Source: Antedon mediterranea
Taxonomy: Eukaryota > Animalia > Echinodermata
Length of the DNA: 64,000 nucleotides
Assembly: GCF_964355755.1 (NCBI RefSeq)
Contig: NC_092673.1
Span: 13,612,948-13,676,947 of the forward strand
Reading direction: 5' to 3'
Shown: positions 24,231 to 37,042 of the stretch, in pieces
Position numbering within the stretch: position 1 is the stretch's first letter
How the letters are laid out: each line of letters begins with the position of its first letter
Made by a program: the position numbers and the translations under genes
Notes under the pieces: generated by a model
Told to the model about the DNA's origin: nothing
Databases searched by the model: none
The model's input: only the letters and a program-made list of their open reading frames with translations

Positions 24231-25767
24231 AGTAAAATATCACCTACATGTACCAACGGTCTTTTGGTACCTCCCCAGTACTCATTGTCGGAACAGCCGC
24301 ACTGGTTGCCGTACCACTCATCTGACAAATGTCCCGGCATGCAAAATCGGATTCCTTACAGACAAATTTGTTTCCCTTTCTTGTGACCGTGATTAATTAA
24401 AACAAAAAGCCGAAAAAACTAAGAATATACGAAAAGGCAAGAAATAAATTAAATAATTTGTCTAAATCACTAAAACGCGACTATATAAATAAATAATGTC
24501 ACTAAAACATTATGGAAAACCATGAAAGGATTTTGAAAAAAAAAAACAAAACAAACCCGAGCATCTTATCGCTGCTAAAATCTCTGCTGGGTCTGCTGCA
24601 TACCCGATGCCTTCTTTTCCTGGTAGTGAGCGCCACTAAGGATAATTAGAGGGCACTCGAGGAGCTGTGCCAGGTATGGTAGGCCTACATCAACGGATTC
24701 CAAACGCCGTTGTTTCCCTAGACCAACCGGACTATCACCACCTCAAGTAGAGTGCCAGCAGCAGAACGTGGAAAATGATCATCCAACGCCTCTGATCTGT
24801 CAGTTAAGGCAGGCCGAAAGAGTTGCTCTGCGGTCAACCGGGAGGTGGTTGATCGTTTGGCTTAGCCGGGAAGTGGCCAGTTGAGGGCAGCGGCGGTTCG
24901 GATGTTGGAGGGGTTCTTGGAAAACCTCCGCTTTCACGCCGAATTTACGTAGTTTCTTTTTTTTAAATTCTATGTTATGTATGTTATTGTGTTAAAAAAG
25001 AAATGAAGTGAAAGAAAAGAAAAGAGCAGCATGTGAAGGAAGAAGAACAAGAGGGAGGAAAAACAAAGAAAAGATGGAAGGAATGTACAGTAGTACTACA
25101 AATGCTAAAGCGGAGCGCGTCGTACTTATTGGAATGTAGACTACGTTTGAATTCACTTGAAAAAGTCAGAGACGCTCATAGCCTGGGTGCAGAACAGTTA
25201 ATATACACATTTGCTGGAAAAAAGTATAGGAAAATTTGTTTGGGGTTTTTCTGATAGAGTATACCATATAGAATGTCCGAAAAAAAATCCCCATCCCAGG
25301 GTCTTAGGGAAAATTTTTTACGGCACTTTTAAATTTTGGCCTATTAACACACAAATTCCTATTAACACACACACAATATATAGGAGATAGGGAAAATCAA
25401 TTAACAGTTTTTGTTACTTGCAGTTGTGTTTTAAGGCTTAAAATTAGTAGAGGCTTACTTTAATAACTACTTCACATAGTAGTTGATGAATCAAGTCGAT
25501 ATGATGACATCATCATGCTAGAATCCAATATGGCGTCCAATTTGGTGGGAAAAACAGGGTATTGCTAAACCCAGCAAACCTCCCAAAAAAACATAGCAAA
25601 CCTCACCGAACCAACATAAGTGATTGAATCATGGAGTGTACGGCATAACAATTATAAATACTCACTTATATTGACCTATATTTTGAAGACCAATATTATT
25701 ATGGTGAGTATACTTTACGTTGTAGTCATTTATCGTAGTTAAGTAAAACAACCCTCAATGTAGATGG

Positions 25768-25946
25768 TACAGGGAATAATTTCGCTAGTGTAGCATAGCA
25801 AAAAGCTATACAAAACAACCTTTTTGCTACACATTTCTACAATTGTGTAGCAAAAAATACAATACAAAACTATGTTTCTTGACTAAAAAATCAGTTTGAT
25901 TAGCAATTTTGCTAAACAAGATTTCCAAATGAAATTTTTCCCTGTG
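25768..25946. mobile_element. Small MITE (CACTA/EnSpm-like ends)
   Basis: TACAGGGAATAATTTC / GAAATTTTTCCCTGTG inverted ends with internal TAGCA motifs. Confidence 0.6.
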
Positions 25947-26922
25947 GTAATGAAAGAAACTATCCTGATATTGCTAATCATTTTAATACATATTTTTCTA
26001 ATGAACTTGCATCACATTTTAATGACTGTGATAACGACTCAAGGGTAATATCGTTTCTACAACGTTTCAACTTTAAAGATATTAATGGAAATGAAATTGA
26101 AGCTTTGTTGGAAATTGGAAAGAATACAATGCTCTATTTTTATCACATATTGATTATTGTTCAACAGTCTGGGGTAATAGTTCAAACGCCCGGGCAACAA
26201 GCATTCCTGTGCCTGGTGGCAGGATGTGGTTGGGTGCCTGAAAACCCAAAACAACATTTATGACCGAGACAGCGCACAAGGTATCTGCGACCACCTCACC
26301 TCGACGCTGGAGTTTTATCTAGGAATTGGTGAAACTTCTTCCAGAGTGCGGTAAGAGTGTCGCCAAAGCGGTGACACTTTTTAGCGCCGAGGAAAAAATC
26401 CAACCTGGATTTTTCTATACGAAGGCAGTAAGAAGAATAAATACAGTCTTACAATGACCAATTAATAAAGTTTTCCCCGAATCTTACTGTGTTTGCTTTA
26501 TTATTGTATTTTGTATTAGGGAAAATTGACTAGGATTAAAAAATATTATTAAAAAAACGAAATTTTAACGATGTTTGCAATATTTTCAAAAGCCGAAAAT
26601 ATACATAAATAGCGCCCTCACGGCGAAAGTTTATCGTCGCGGTAAGTTCAAGCTTTTCTCAGCAATTTTTTCGAGCAACACCGTTAATTCCAAGTGAAAG
26701 CCGAGACTTTATTCTGTATTTAGCTCAAAATTTAGGCGGACGGCTAATTTAAAATTGGTTTGAGCTAAATTTGAAATTGACTAATTTCTGTTCTAAATTC
26801 CAGTGATTTTATAGGTAAAAATAGGCCTAGGGCAAAGTTGATTATATATTATTTTAAAGAATTGTGTATTGGTTTTGCATTGACTGTATGTGGTATGTTA
26901 CTGTTATTTATTGTCTTGTGAA

Positions 26923-28785
26923 ATGGAGTACCATACATATATGCATTGAGTAATTTATGTTGTGTATGTGGTGTCAAGTTAACATGAAATCAGCGAAAAT
27001 TTGAAGTAACTAAAGTAAAAGATAGCGTCTTGACATTTTAAAATATCAATTTAACTCATGAACACAAAGATGTACATCTACTATTCATTTGCAAGAACTG
27101 TCAATTTTCACAAGCTATAACAAGAAGGTACATCTGGAGACAACACACACAACAATCATGTTTCACATGTTATTTATTATCAGAACAGTCAAAACCAGCT
27201 AAAAGACTAAAACAAGTAAAACTCAACACATTATTTTCTGAAACAGAATGTGACATTATTCCATCAAAATTTACAGTCAAGGACAAAATCAATTCTGAAC
27301 CTTTTATTTGCCAAATATGCAACTCGATTTTGTCTTTCAACAGTCTTGAGTCAAACTGTTCACATCACTATTGTTCTAGTTGTCTGTACATATGTTCATG
27401 TCTTGTGTGCGCAAAGCCAATGCAAATGCTGGAATTTAAACCCGCCTCCCAAATTATAATAGAGTCTCTAAAATCACTAGAATTACAATGCTCGTGCAAT
27501 AAGTTCATGACATATTTGTGAACACCAGACAACTAAAGAAGTGGTTTATCATAATGTTTCTAAAGCTGTATCAGTGTTAGAGAAATCACTAGAAGATAGT
27601 CATGTCTCACAAACAATACAAACGTTTGCAAAAAAAGTTGTTTACAATCAACTCAAGAAAAGTATGGAAATGCTGATTGCAACAAATGGTCGGGTGAGTG
27701 CTTTAAAACAAATTCTGTAACTATCATATTGCATGTTATAAAAAGTAGATTAATATTATTATAACAGAATTGTGTAGTTATTTAGTGTCAATAGGTTGTG
27801 TGTCTAGCATAAAACATACAAATACAATTCTTATCTACAGCCAGAAAAGATCGCTATCATAACAAACACCAAAGTCTCAAGTGATAATGACAATATGTAG
27901 CCTTGCAAAACCAAATTCAATTAACAACATCATCGTCGTACTAATATTTGATGCCCCTAACATGATGTTTAATATTAACCGGACTCTTCCGTCAGTGGCC
28001 CATCAAGTTGTTTCTTTGAACGGGGGAAAATGGCGGTAAGAATACAACTAGTATATCAACTTAACAATTATGTGGATGCGTATATATGTAAAAAACTAAA
28101 AATATATGTATAATTTCTTTCAGCAATTACAGAGTTTTCTGTTTTGGGGACTATGAGTATCTCACAAAACTCTATGGATTAAATAGACCAAATGGTAAAC
28201 TATTAAATTATTTTATAAACCAATTTTATTTATACTGTATTACTGCATATTTTAGCATTTTTAAACATTGTGAAAAAATTTGGGTTTGAATACTTTTAGC
28301 TCAATACTGCTGTTTGTGAAAAAGCAGAAATGCAATTAAAGGCACCACCCGCCAAACAGCGCTCATTGGCTTCCATTAGAGCCAACTACAGAATGTTTAT
28401 GGAAGATGGCGGAATTGGAAGCCAATCTAAGGATGTTTCCATGAGCGTTGTTAATAATCCCTTAGTATCAATTAAGGTAGATCATGTAAGTACATCAGTT
28501 TTGTTTTTAATTAAATTTATATTAGAGAAACAAATGTACTTACTTCATTATATGGCACTGTTGGTATTAAAATTTATATCTTTTAGGTGTCTGTTCCTAG
28601 CCTGCACTTTTCATTGGGCATATTCAAGAAGCTCTTTGATATGCTTGAGACGAAGGCTCACAGCATAGATTGCCTCATATATTCCGTAAGGAAAAATGGA
28701 GAACTTGATGACACTTCTGAATCAAAGTTTGATAAAATAATTCAACATCAGATCCAAACACAAAGGCACAATTACGGGATGCCGT
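26923..28785 (+). pseudogene. Chapaev transposase pseudogene with RAG1-like N-terminal zinc domain, RING finger and core
   Basis: MEYH..LSNLCCVCG...DVH..ICKNC...WRQH..CFTC; C3HC4 RING FICQICNSIL..SNCSHHYCSSC; SLKSLELQC; FGDYEYLTKLYGL; VPSLHFSLGIFKKLFD; GT-AG introns, stops and deletions. Confidence 0.8.
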
Positions 28786-28789
28786 AAGG

Positions 28790-29030
28790 GCGACGGACCC
28801 CGTGCAGCAGGCTTGTAAAACATTGCTTCTAAAACTTTTTACAAAGAATGAGATTACATCCTCGTCAGTGACATGAAAAAACCAACAAATGTACAGGTCA
28901 GCCACGCCCACCACTAAATCCTGAAAGGTTTGCAGTCTTTATGGATATCATTCAGACAACAATAGGTTGCAACAGAACGAACATAATTGAAAAGGTGCAG
29001 AACATAATGAAGGTCCTAAGGAAAAAAAGG
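28790..29030 (+). pseudogene. BEN-domain-like coding fragment
   Basis: ACKTLLLKLFTKNEITSSSVT*K...PPLNPERFAVFMDII. Confidence 0.55.
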
Positions 29031-29034
29031 ACTT

Positions 29035-29311
29035 ATAATTGTTCGTGAATTAATATTGTTCATGAATAAATATTGAATAATATTCATGAATTAAAGTTGA
29101 ATAAAGTTCATGAACTAATAATGAATACAGTTCATGTGTTTAGATTGAATAAGCAACACCAGAGCATTGTTGAACAACATTCATACAATGTTCATGAATA
29201 TTTAATGAATTGGGCCATTTAATATTCATAAAAGTTCATGAACAGTTTGTGCATATGCATGAATTGGGTTAAAGAATAGTTCATGAATAAATCATAAACG
29301 TTTCGCAGGGG
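29035..29311. repeat. TTCATGAA-rich subterminal array ending in TTTCGCAGGG (probable DNA-transposon end)
   Basis: Many degenerate TTCATGAA/TGAATA motifs, then an abrupt end. Confidence 0.5.
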
Positions 29312-29394
29312 ATTTGCAGTCAATAATAATGCACTGTGGTTCTAGTAACAAACGCCGGTACATAGACATTGTGAAGACAATGGAGAATAAACAG

Positions 29395-29620
29395 CAGTTC
29401 CAGGTCAGCATGCCTTCACAGGCTGTGATTTTACAGGAAAGGGCAAAACAAAACCCTATGACATTCTAGAGAACGACAGCAAGAGGAAATTAATCCAATT
29501 CTTTTGCTAAATGTCCTCCAGATAAGAGCCAAACCATCGGATAGCAGAGTTTGTATGCTGTTTAAATTTATAGACAAAATTAAAACATTTGATATCAACA
29601 TTGAGGAAGTCATTGAAGGC
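29395..29620 (+). pseudogene. Academ transposase C-terminal (XPG/H3TH-like) fragment
   Basis: PGQHAFTGCDFTGKGKTKPYDIL. Confidence 0.65.
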
Positions 29621-29649
29621 ACAATTGTTTTGATCCTTCCTCAAATTCC

Positions 29650-30040
29650 TAGTTCATTTTAGCACCTTGGGTCCCACCTTAATCAACTTTCACCTTAATC
29701 AACTCTCAATGTGGTATTTGCAATTCTGTCTGTCACTGTCCGTTGCAATCATGTTGTGTGAAAGAATTGTGCCTTTGTTCAACGTCGGTGATACTGTTCA
29801 ATGGTAAAGTAAAATATAATCAATTAAATACTGGGTGACCTTACGACACTGATTCAATGATTGTTTTTTCTCACTTCAGACAATACAAACAGTTGCCATT
29901 CCTATCCTACAGAGAGACTCAACACAAGCTGGAAAGACAACATTGAGAAACCGCACCGCAGTTTTAGATACAGTGCGAAACATAATAAGTGGAGGCGAGC
30001 CGAAGGCCCAGTAGGTGAATGAAATCCACCACATGCCATT
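29650..30040 (+). pseudogene. Chapaev-like exons (Cys-rich and basic DNA-binding-like region)
   Basis: QCGICNSVCHCPLQSCC; STQAGKTTLRNRTAVLDTVRNIISGG. Confidence 0.45.
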
Positions 30041-30526
30041 AGAAAAAACGCCTATAAAAATGCCCATGGGAAATCTTCTGTCACTGAAGACAAATCTAGG
30101 AATAACCTAGAAAAGAAACAAAGAGTTAAAGCAGTAAGTGTGAAATGTCCGGTCTGTGAATAATCTTTCGGGCAGTAGTCTGTCACCGATTATAACCGCA
30201 CACTGAAATTGACTGAATTTTAATCAATTACAAACACAAAAAAAAAAACCATCGCAGTTTTTTAATATATTTAGATCTTTGAAAAACAGATGAATTTAGC
30301 AAAAATGTCTGGCGGTGAAAGTATTAAAATAGGATCATTATGTAGTAGAATTCATTAATATACCGTTAGGCCTTCATAATCCAATTGATGCAGTGCAGGC
30401 TAAATAGGCAATTAATGCAAAGATTCTTAGTAGGCCTAAATCAATTATGTAGATTAGCTATTTCTACAAATATGATATTTTTTTACTTAAAGTTGGTTGA
30501 CATATAATGCAAACTTGACAGTGAAT

Positions 30527-30932
30527 ATGACTGTCTGTTCTGCAGTTGGATGTAAAAGAAAATGTGAAAATGCAAGGATGTTCAGGTTCCCATCGGAAAA
30601 GTTGGGAGGCCAAAAATGGCATGCTTCCCACAATGATCAGCTGTGTAAGGTAGAGACACATACTTGAACATGGAATACTACTGTATCAAGAAGGGATTAA
30701 ACTATAATGCCGTCATCTCAGCGGCGATATATACATGTCAAATGGAGGGCATTTTGTAAGAAATACTGTAGTATGATGGAGCAATATTGTACATTACAGG
30801 CACATTTTAAAGAGAAAAAACTAATGAAAAATGCAATTCTCACTATTTTTGATCGAAAACACCGAAGCACAGAAAGCCCCCAAAACAGTATCTGTGCCAT
30901 GATCACACATACTGTCCATCACTATCAAAAAG
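30527..30932 (+). pseudogene. THAP-domain gene fragment
   Basis: MTVCSAVGC..RMFRFP..QLC|AHF..KLMKNAILTIFD, with a downstream DHTY (HCF-1-binding-like) motif. Confidence 0.75.
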
Positions 30933-31230
30933 GTAAATTGCCGACAATGTATTCTCATCAATTACTTTAATTATAAGTCATCTTGGTATACAGTAAGTCT
31001 GAAGAAACTTCATGGTTGAACACCCTGATCAAACAATCATTTTCAGTATTAGTGTGGTTCAAAAGAAGGTGCTAAAGCTCAAAACTCATTTAATCCCTAA
31101 GGCCAATCCAAAAGTAAAATATTGATTTTTTATAAATCACTTGTTATTTTGAGTCCCATCATAAGTTGATGGGATTGGAGTTGTTTTGGATTAGGCCCTA
31201 CTTTATAACATTTATTTTGTGCTTTTATAG

Positions 31231-31350
31231 GAAAAAGATATGAACACCGGCTTGTGGGCCACACAGATGTTCTAGCCAGCATAGTGTTGCTACAGAAGCC
31301 TAAACATTGAAAAAGGTTCATAGGAAACCATGTTCACAAATGCTGCAAGG
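31231..31350 (+). pseudogene. Chapaev core exon fragment
   Basis: FIGNHVHKCCK followed by a GT donor. Confidence 0.55.
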
Positions 31351-31769
31351 TACATTAGGTATTAATGTATTTTAAAGTTTCCCTTTTTTCATTATTATTT
31401 TTATTATTCAATTCAATTCAAAGAACATCTATTAACATCCAAAAGACAAAAAGTAACAAAAAACAACAATGGCAAGAGATAATAAAGAAAATGGATGAAG
31501 GCAGATCCCAGAAAGATGTGAATCTTTGAACCTTTACAAATTAATTAAAAATAGAAAATTATGAAAAAAATAAATACAAATAAAGTTAATAAATTAATTT
31601 TTTTTAAATAAAAAATTATATGCAATTATTTTATTTTACAAGGGTTGTCCATCCAGCCGAAGCTGAGCATTAGGGACCCTCACATCATGACAAGACAATA
31701 AATATAATTTAAAAATACAAAATAAAACAATTAAAAATTAATAATTAAAATTTTCTGTTTTACATTCAG

Positions 31770-32215
31770 TTTTTCTTCAAAGCCCCAACTTTCATAACAC
31801 CACAAAACATAACAACACAGTACAGAACACCACCAAAGATGAAACTTGTTGATGTCCTGAACAGCCCAACAAAAAGGAGAGTGTCGGTTGTAGGAACATT
31901 TCCATTACTGGGATAAACTTTGATATAACATAATACAGCAAGAACATTTACAAGAACAAACAACTATTCATCCAACTTCATAGAAACTACTGTATTGTCT
32001 CTCCAAATGCATTTCCCAATATCCTATGCAATTTACTTAAAATATTAATACATTTTGTAGGTAGGAGAAATCAGACTAGTAGGACCTGCACAAAAACGAC
32101 TAAGGACAATCCAATTTTTACTGACAATCAAAGCAAAAATGTGGAAGCAACCACACTCATAAAAGAATGGCAGAATACTAAGAAATTAGAATCTTCCAAT
32201 TCGATGACTCTAAAG
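31770..32215 (+). pseudogene. Second, divergent OB-fold gene fragment (paralog of 1395-2437)
   Basis: PPKMKLVDVLNSPTKRRVSVVGT, then exon 32061-32215 VGEIRLVGPAQKRLRTIQF.DNQSKNVEAT..LIKEWQNTKKLESSNSMTLK|; exon boundaries equivalent to the first copy. Confidence 0.55.
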
Positions 32216-32281
32216 GTATGTATAAGAAATATACAACTAAATTTGAATTACAGTACTGTATATTAAGTTCACTATATTTCA

Positions 32282-32645
32282 AACTACAATGGCACTCCGA
32301 GAGTGCATATCTCCGCCTACTGTAAAAATCTACTATACTACATAAGATTCCACCGGAAAAACAAAATAAAAATTTGTTTGTGTTCAATGCTGTGTCTGCT
32401 TAGGCTAATTTCACTACAACCATGTGTATGCGAATTCAGTGTATGGAATGTAACCAACCTTTCAACTAGCAATAGTTTCAATAGACTAACATTTAACAAT
32501 ACAACAGCAACACCAAAAACAAATGGGTCAATTTGAAAACATTTTAAAAACAATGGTATCAAAAAACCTGTACATTAAATCAAAGTATGTTTTAAAATTA
32601 CAAATCAAACTATAGCTCTTGACTCTTGTACAAAAAAGTTTTTTG
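32282..32645 (-). mobile_element. HINE 3' fragment, homologous to ~57270-57985
   Basis: Reverse complement ends GGCGGAGATATGCACTCTCGGAGTGCCATTGTAGTT and shares GTAGTGAAATTAGCCTAA with 57.5 kb. Confidence 0.7.
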
Positions 32646-35600
32646 ACATCAATGATGGAATATCATAATTACTGTAGGCAATACTAGGTTTTATAAAAGA
32701 CTTGAGATGTATGAAGAAAATAAGACCAAGTATGTTTTAAGTTTAATTCAGCCAAATTATGTTAATCTATCTACTGAATATACAGCAAATTAAATGTGCA
32801 CAAAACAAAATTTAGTCAGAGCACAACAATGTTTTGTTCCATTGAAGCAATGACCCACACAGCACACTCCATAAGTACAGCATGCCTGCTTTCATTAGTG
32901 GCTTTCATTTCTGTCTGCTTTCTACTGGCAGTAAGATATCTGGTAAACATCTTTGTTTTGTTGTTGTCTGCTTCCATCTACCTCCCATCCTCTTCTAGCA
33001 GATTTATAAATGAAGGTATTTTGATCATTCCAGCCATTCCTATTATATCCACAAATATTTTACTGTACATTTACTGTACACTGGAGGTATTTCGATGTTT
33101 CCATGAGTGTTTGTTACATTTTCCATGTTCCAACTGTTTACATTTTGCAAATCTCTTTCAAGTCTTTTCAATAAAACCATAAGCGTTTGTGTATTACATC
33201 TAATAATCTAGCTTGTTTGGTTTGCATTGTGTAGACTGTACATTTGATAAAATAAAACAGTTATTCCTGACAATCCATACTTAAATATAAACTCTTCTAT
33301 TTGAGATATTTCATACAAATCTATTGCAGTGTTAACAGAAGTTGCATCCATATCATCTTCAATTTAATAGTGTGATGTGCAAGCTCAGTTCCGTTGATAA
33401 GAAAAGCTTTCTTATTTGCAAAAATGCTTTACTGCCACATGAATTGATTCTGGCATGATCTTTAGTACAAGAGAAATCGTCATTTGTTGAAGGTGTATTC
33501 TGGACAGATTCCTGGTTTAATCATCCTGCATGACAATAGAAATTTTACAATTTCAATCGACATTTTTTTTTGTAATGTTTTTGTTTTTGAGTTCGTGTTG
33601 TGTCCGTTGGATATTGTGCTCCGCCAACAGAGCAAACAGAATTTCTATGTTTTTCCTAAAACAAATGATAATAAATGATACTTGACTTGACTTGACAGTC
33701 TACTTGAGAAAGCGAACTGATAGTTTGCGAAATGTCCTTGTAATTACCAATTTTAGTACTTTTAATCCATTAGCAGAATTCCACTGTATGTAATGTAGCT
33801 GCATGAAAGAAGACATCTCATGTACATCTGGAATGTGCTGTCGACACTACTTCATTGATCATGTAAAGATGAACCATTATAAAGACAAATTCACAACATT
33901 ATCATTTTGTGCCTATAAATTTACTGTATATTCAGGTAGAAGAAGGAAAATAGTATACCAGTTTCATAAGTTTACAGTAGATATTTTGAAATAGAGAAAT
34001 AAATCAAATAAGAGGGTTTTTATATTCTGTTTCAAATATATGATATGGAAGAGATTTTAGTAGAAATTTCCCCAGTCTTAATTGTCTTAAAATGTTCACG
34101 ATAAAAAAATAACTAAGCTGTGTTCAATTATCAAGGAAAATGGAGTACCATGTCAGTGCAAGGACATGAGAATGACTTAAGTCTGATCTACCAAAAGGTA
34201 TGCAGACCCAAAAAATTGCACATCCAAAAAAGATTGAAGTAAAATTATCAGAAGCCTGGCTTAGCGTGAGCCTTGGCTACCCCACGAATCATGGGCATAG
34301 TTTAAAACGATTAGCCCTGATGTGTCTTGTTAACTCTGGTTTATTGGTCTATGTAAACTTGTCATTGAAACGTAATGACTTTTTAAGACACGCCTACTTC
34401 AGTATCATCATCAGAATAATTAGCTTTCAGTGACTGTATCAAGGTTGCATGCAGCTTAGTCAAATTTCGCAGAGTTTTTCATTTTGTATCAAGATTAAAT
34501 GCATAGTACAGCATTGTATTTTTATAATGCTGTAGAGAATATATTATATATAATTTCTATATATAATAAATTTATAATACACGGTGCATACTGGTCACCT
34601 TGGATGGCCAGTAGGCAATATACCATATATTGAAACGGAAAAATTGTCTATAGAGATAATAAACCATCGTTGAAATTTTTAGGTATTTGGAATCGTAAAG
34701 AAAAACAAGGCTACGCAAAAAGCCTTGTTGTTAGAAATGAGGCTAAATAACGCTGACAAGAGAACACAAATGTGTGTTTAACCATACTATTTAGTGGAAA
34801 TCATTTGCAAGATACTGATGCAAAATTAAGAACTTGCATATCAGATATAGAAGATTTTATATTAAAGATATATGAACTGCAAGATTTTTTATTAAAAAAA
34901 GACGTAACAGCGTTAGCAAACCAGAGAATTGAAGTTGAAGATGTGCCTTTTTAAGCTAATGCCATAAAAGTCAGACCCAAGAATATCTCAACCTCAAACA
35001 TTGTTGACAATCTTGAAAGAGTACCAGGAGATGGTGGTTATTTGGAGCCTAGAAGCCCAGCACAAAGGAATTCTGTTCAAACACTTAATAAGAGAATAAA
35101 TGAACACCGAATTCGAACTAAACAAGATGCTAAAGAAGTTCATGGTGGCAATAAAAATCTCTATTTAAATAATATTGTCAAAACTTGTTTTTAATGAATG
35201 TTTCTATTTTTTTTTTTTCCAGGGATTTTTCATGACCTATGTCTTTATGTTCGGTATTTGTATGAAAATAATGAATTTAAATCTGGCAAGGAATTTAGTA
35301 TAATAAATTGGTAACAATTGGATTGTCTGGATATTATCCATCTTTTTAATGTATATACAGTATCATATTAATACAAAATTGTTGTACCACTCCAAAATTA
35401 ACATTTGACATGTTTAGGGCCTATATTGTTTGAGTTGGCCTACTTTAAATGAACTTTGCAATTTCAATTTAATAATTGTATGTGATACATTCACTCTCTT
35501 GTTAAAATGGTATAGGCATGATGTATAAAACTAGATATTGTATTATACAGACGGTAGTTAATGGACCAATTTGTTGAACTCAAGCCGTAAAGCCATGGCA

Positions 35601-35929
35601 TGGGTCAATACATTTACCTTCTAAAATATAAGTAGCTGATTAGTTTTTACAACCCAAATAATGATCCACCCACACCACGATGGTGTCACCTAATTAGCAC
35701 ACTTTTGTTCCCTAGCCTAAAAAGTTTAAGATCCTGTTCGGACGGACAATTTACACATGTATTGGTCGTGTTTTTAAATTTAAATTTTGAGATAAGCCAG
35801 CTGTTTCAAAAACCCAACTCACGAGGTGGATTGTTCAATTACCTTAAACCACAAGCTCATCAACCACAAGATAAGGAGCAATTTGATCTTACTAGTGTAA
35901 AGAGATGCATGAAATATGACCTTGCTGGG

Positions 35930-36930
35930 TACATTTATTGGTAAATATTTCATTGTCCGAACAAAAACACATTGTCCTAACAGTTGATGAAGCCCTATAC
36001 CCAAAGCTGATGGAGCTTAAGTGTCCATTCCAGAATACAAGAAAATACTCATACCTTGTCTTGATGGACTATACATCAATTGGAAAACATATGGAAGATT
36101 GTGGACTGAATGTGGATCACAGGTGGCATCAGTACCAATGCAGCACACCATTACATGTCATGGCAGGCTATGATTAGGCATGCTATTAGAATTCACAAAA
36201 TAACATTACAAGCTTTGTGGCAGCTTTTACTTCCTTGGCTGTACAAGTATTAAGAAGAGAACGATAAAGAGTTGAATGAGCAGTGTAACTGCAGATGTAG
36301 TCACTAGTATTTATGCTCCAGCAAGTTTACAGTGAACTTTGTGTTTAATTTGCCTCATTTGCATATTATTTTATCAGGCAGAGTTGTAGCTGTGCACCCA
36401 GTAAGGGCAGATTATTTTTTGTTACCAGCACACCATTGTATTTACCTAGAATTTACTTACAATTTACATTCAGTGAATGGATTTATATTTGTGTTGCTTT
36501 GGATTTATATTTATGTTGCTTTTGGATTCCAGTATTCATAAGGAAGATTCGATTACAATCATTCTGTTATACATAAAGAAGATTCAATTACAATCATTCT
36601 GTATTTATTTATGTTCTGCGTAAACAAACTGCTCGCCAGCCAGTTACACTCCCCTAATTGTAGTCGCAATTAAAAGCAGATCACTCAACAATCCAAGCAT
36701 TTTGATCTCGAAGAGCTAGTCCAAATATTATTTTCTAAAAAGAATCATTTGCCAACAAACTGAAAAGTAACAATCCAATTGCACAGTTCTGGTGGCAATA
36801 CATGAATATGGTGGGCATTCTTTTGATGTTTGTTAGCACAGCGTGATGGTCTATGGGACCTCCACGAGTATGCATTCAGGAGAATGTTACTTTTCTTTTT
36901 CAGATATGACCACACCAATTATGCTCTGTA
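35930..36930 (+). pseudogene. Academ transposase core fragments
   Basis: HIVLTVDEALYPKLMELK, IGKHMEDCGL, HAIRIHKITLQALWQ, FWWQYMNMV.ILL, RDGLWDLH..RMLLFFFRYDHTNYA. Confidence 0.75.
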
Positions 36931-37042
36931 TTGCCCGAATATATAAATCACATTATTATTTTCAAAATTAAATTGATGTTATCGCACATACGGTTACTAT
37001 CGCTCCACATAACATCGCATTTTTTTAATAGGACGACGAAAT

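Noticed and set aside
24560-24950. GC-rich, coding-like block
   Set aside because: No motif I can recognise in the frames I examined; left unassigned.
31766-32387. RAG2/kelch-like gene (FIFGG, FSGG) antisense to the RAG1-like relics, i.e. ProtoRAG
   Set aside because: The first ORF is the antisense of the OB-fold exon and the second lies largely in a HINE. No kelch periodicity or RSS-like TIR was seen.
32796-33182. 128-aa membrane protein ORF
   Set aside because: Hydrophobicity is explained by reading an A-rich opposite strand; non-ATG start and no motif.
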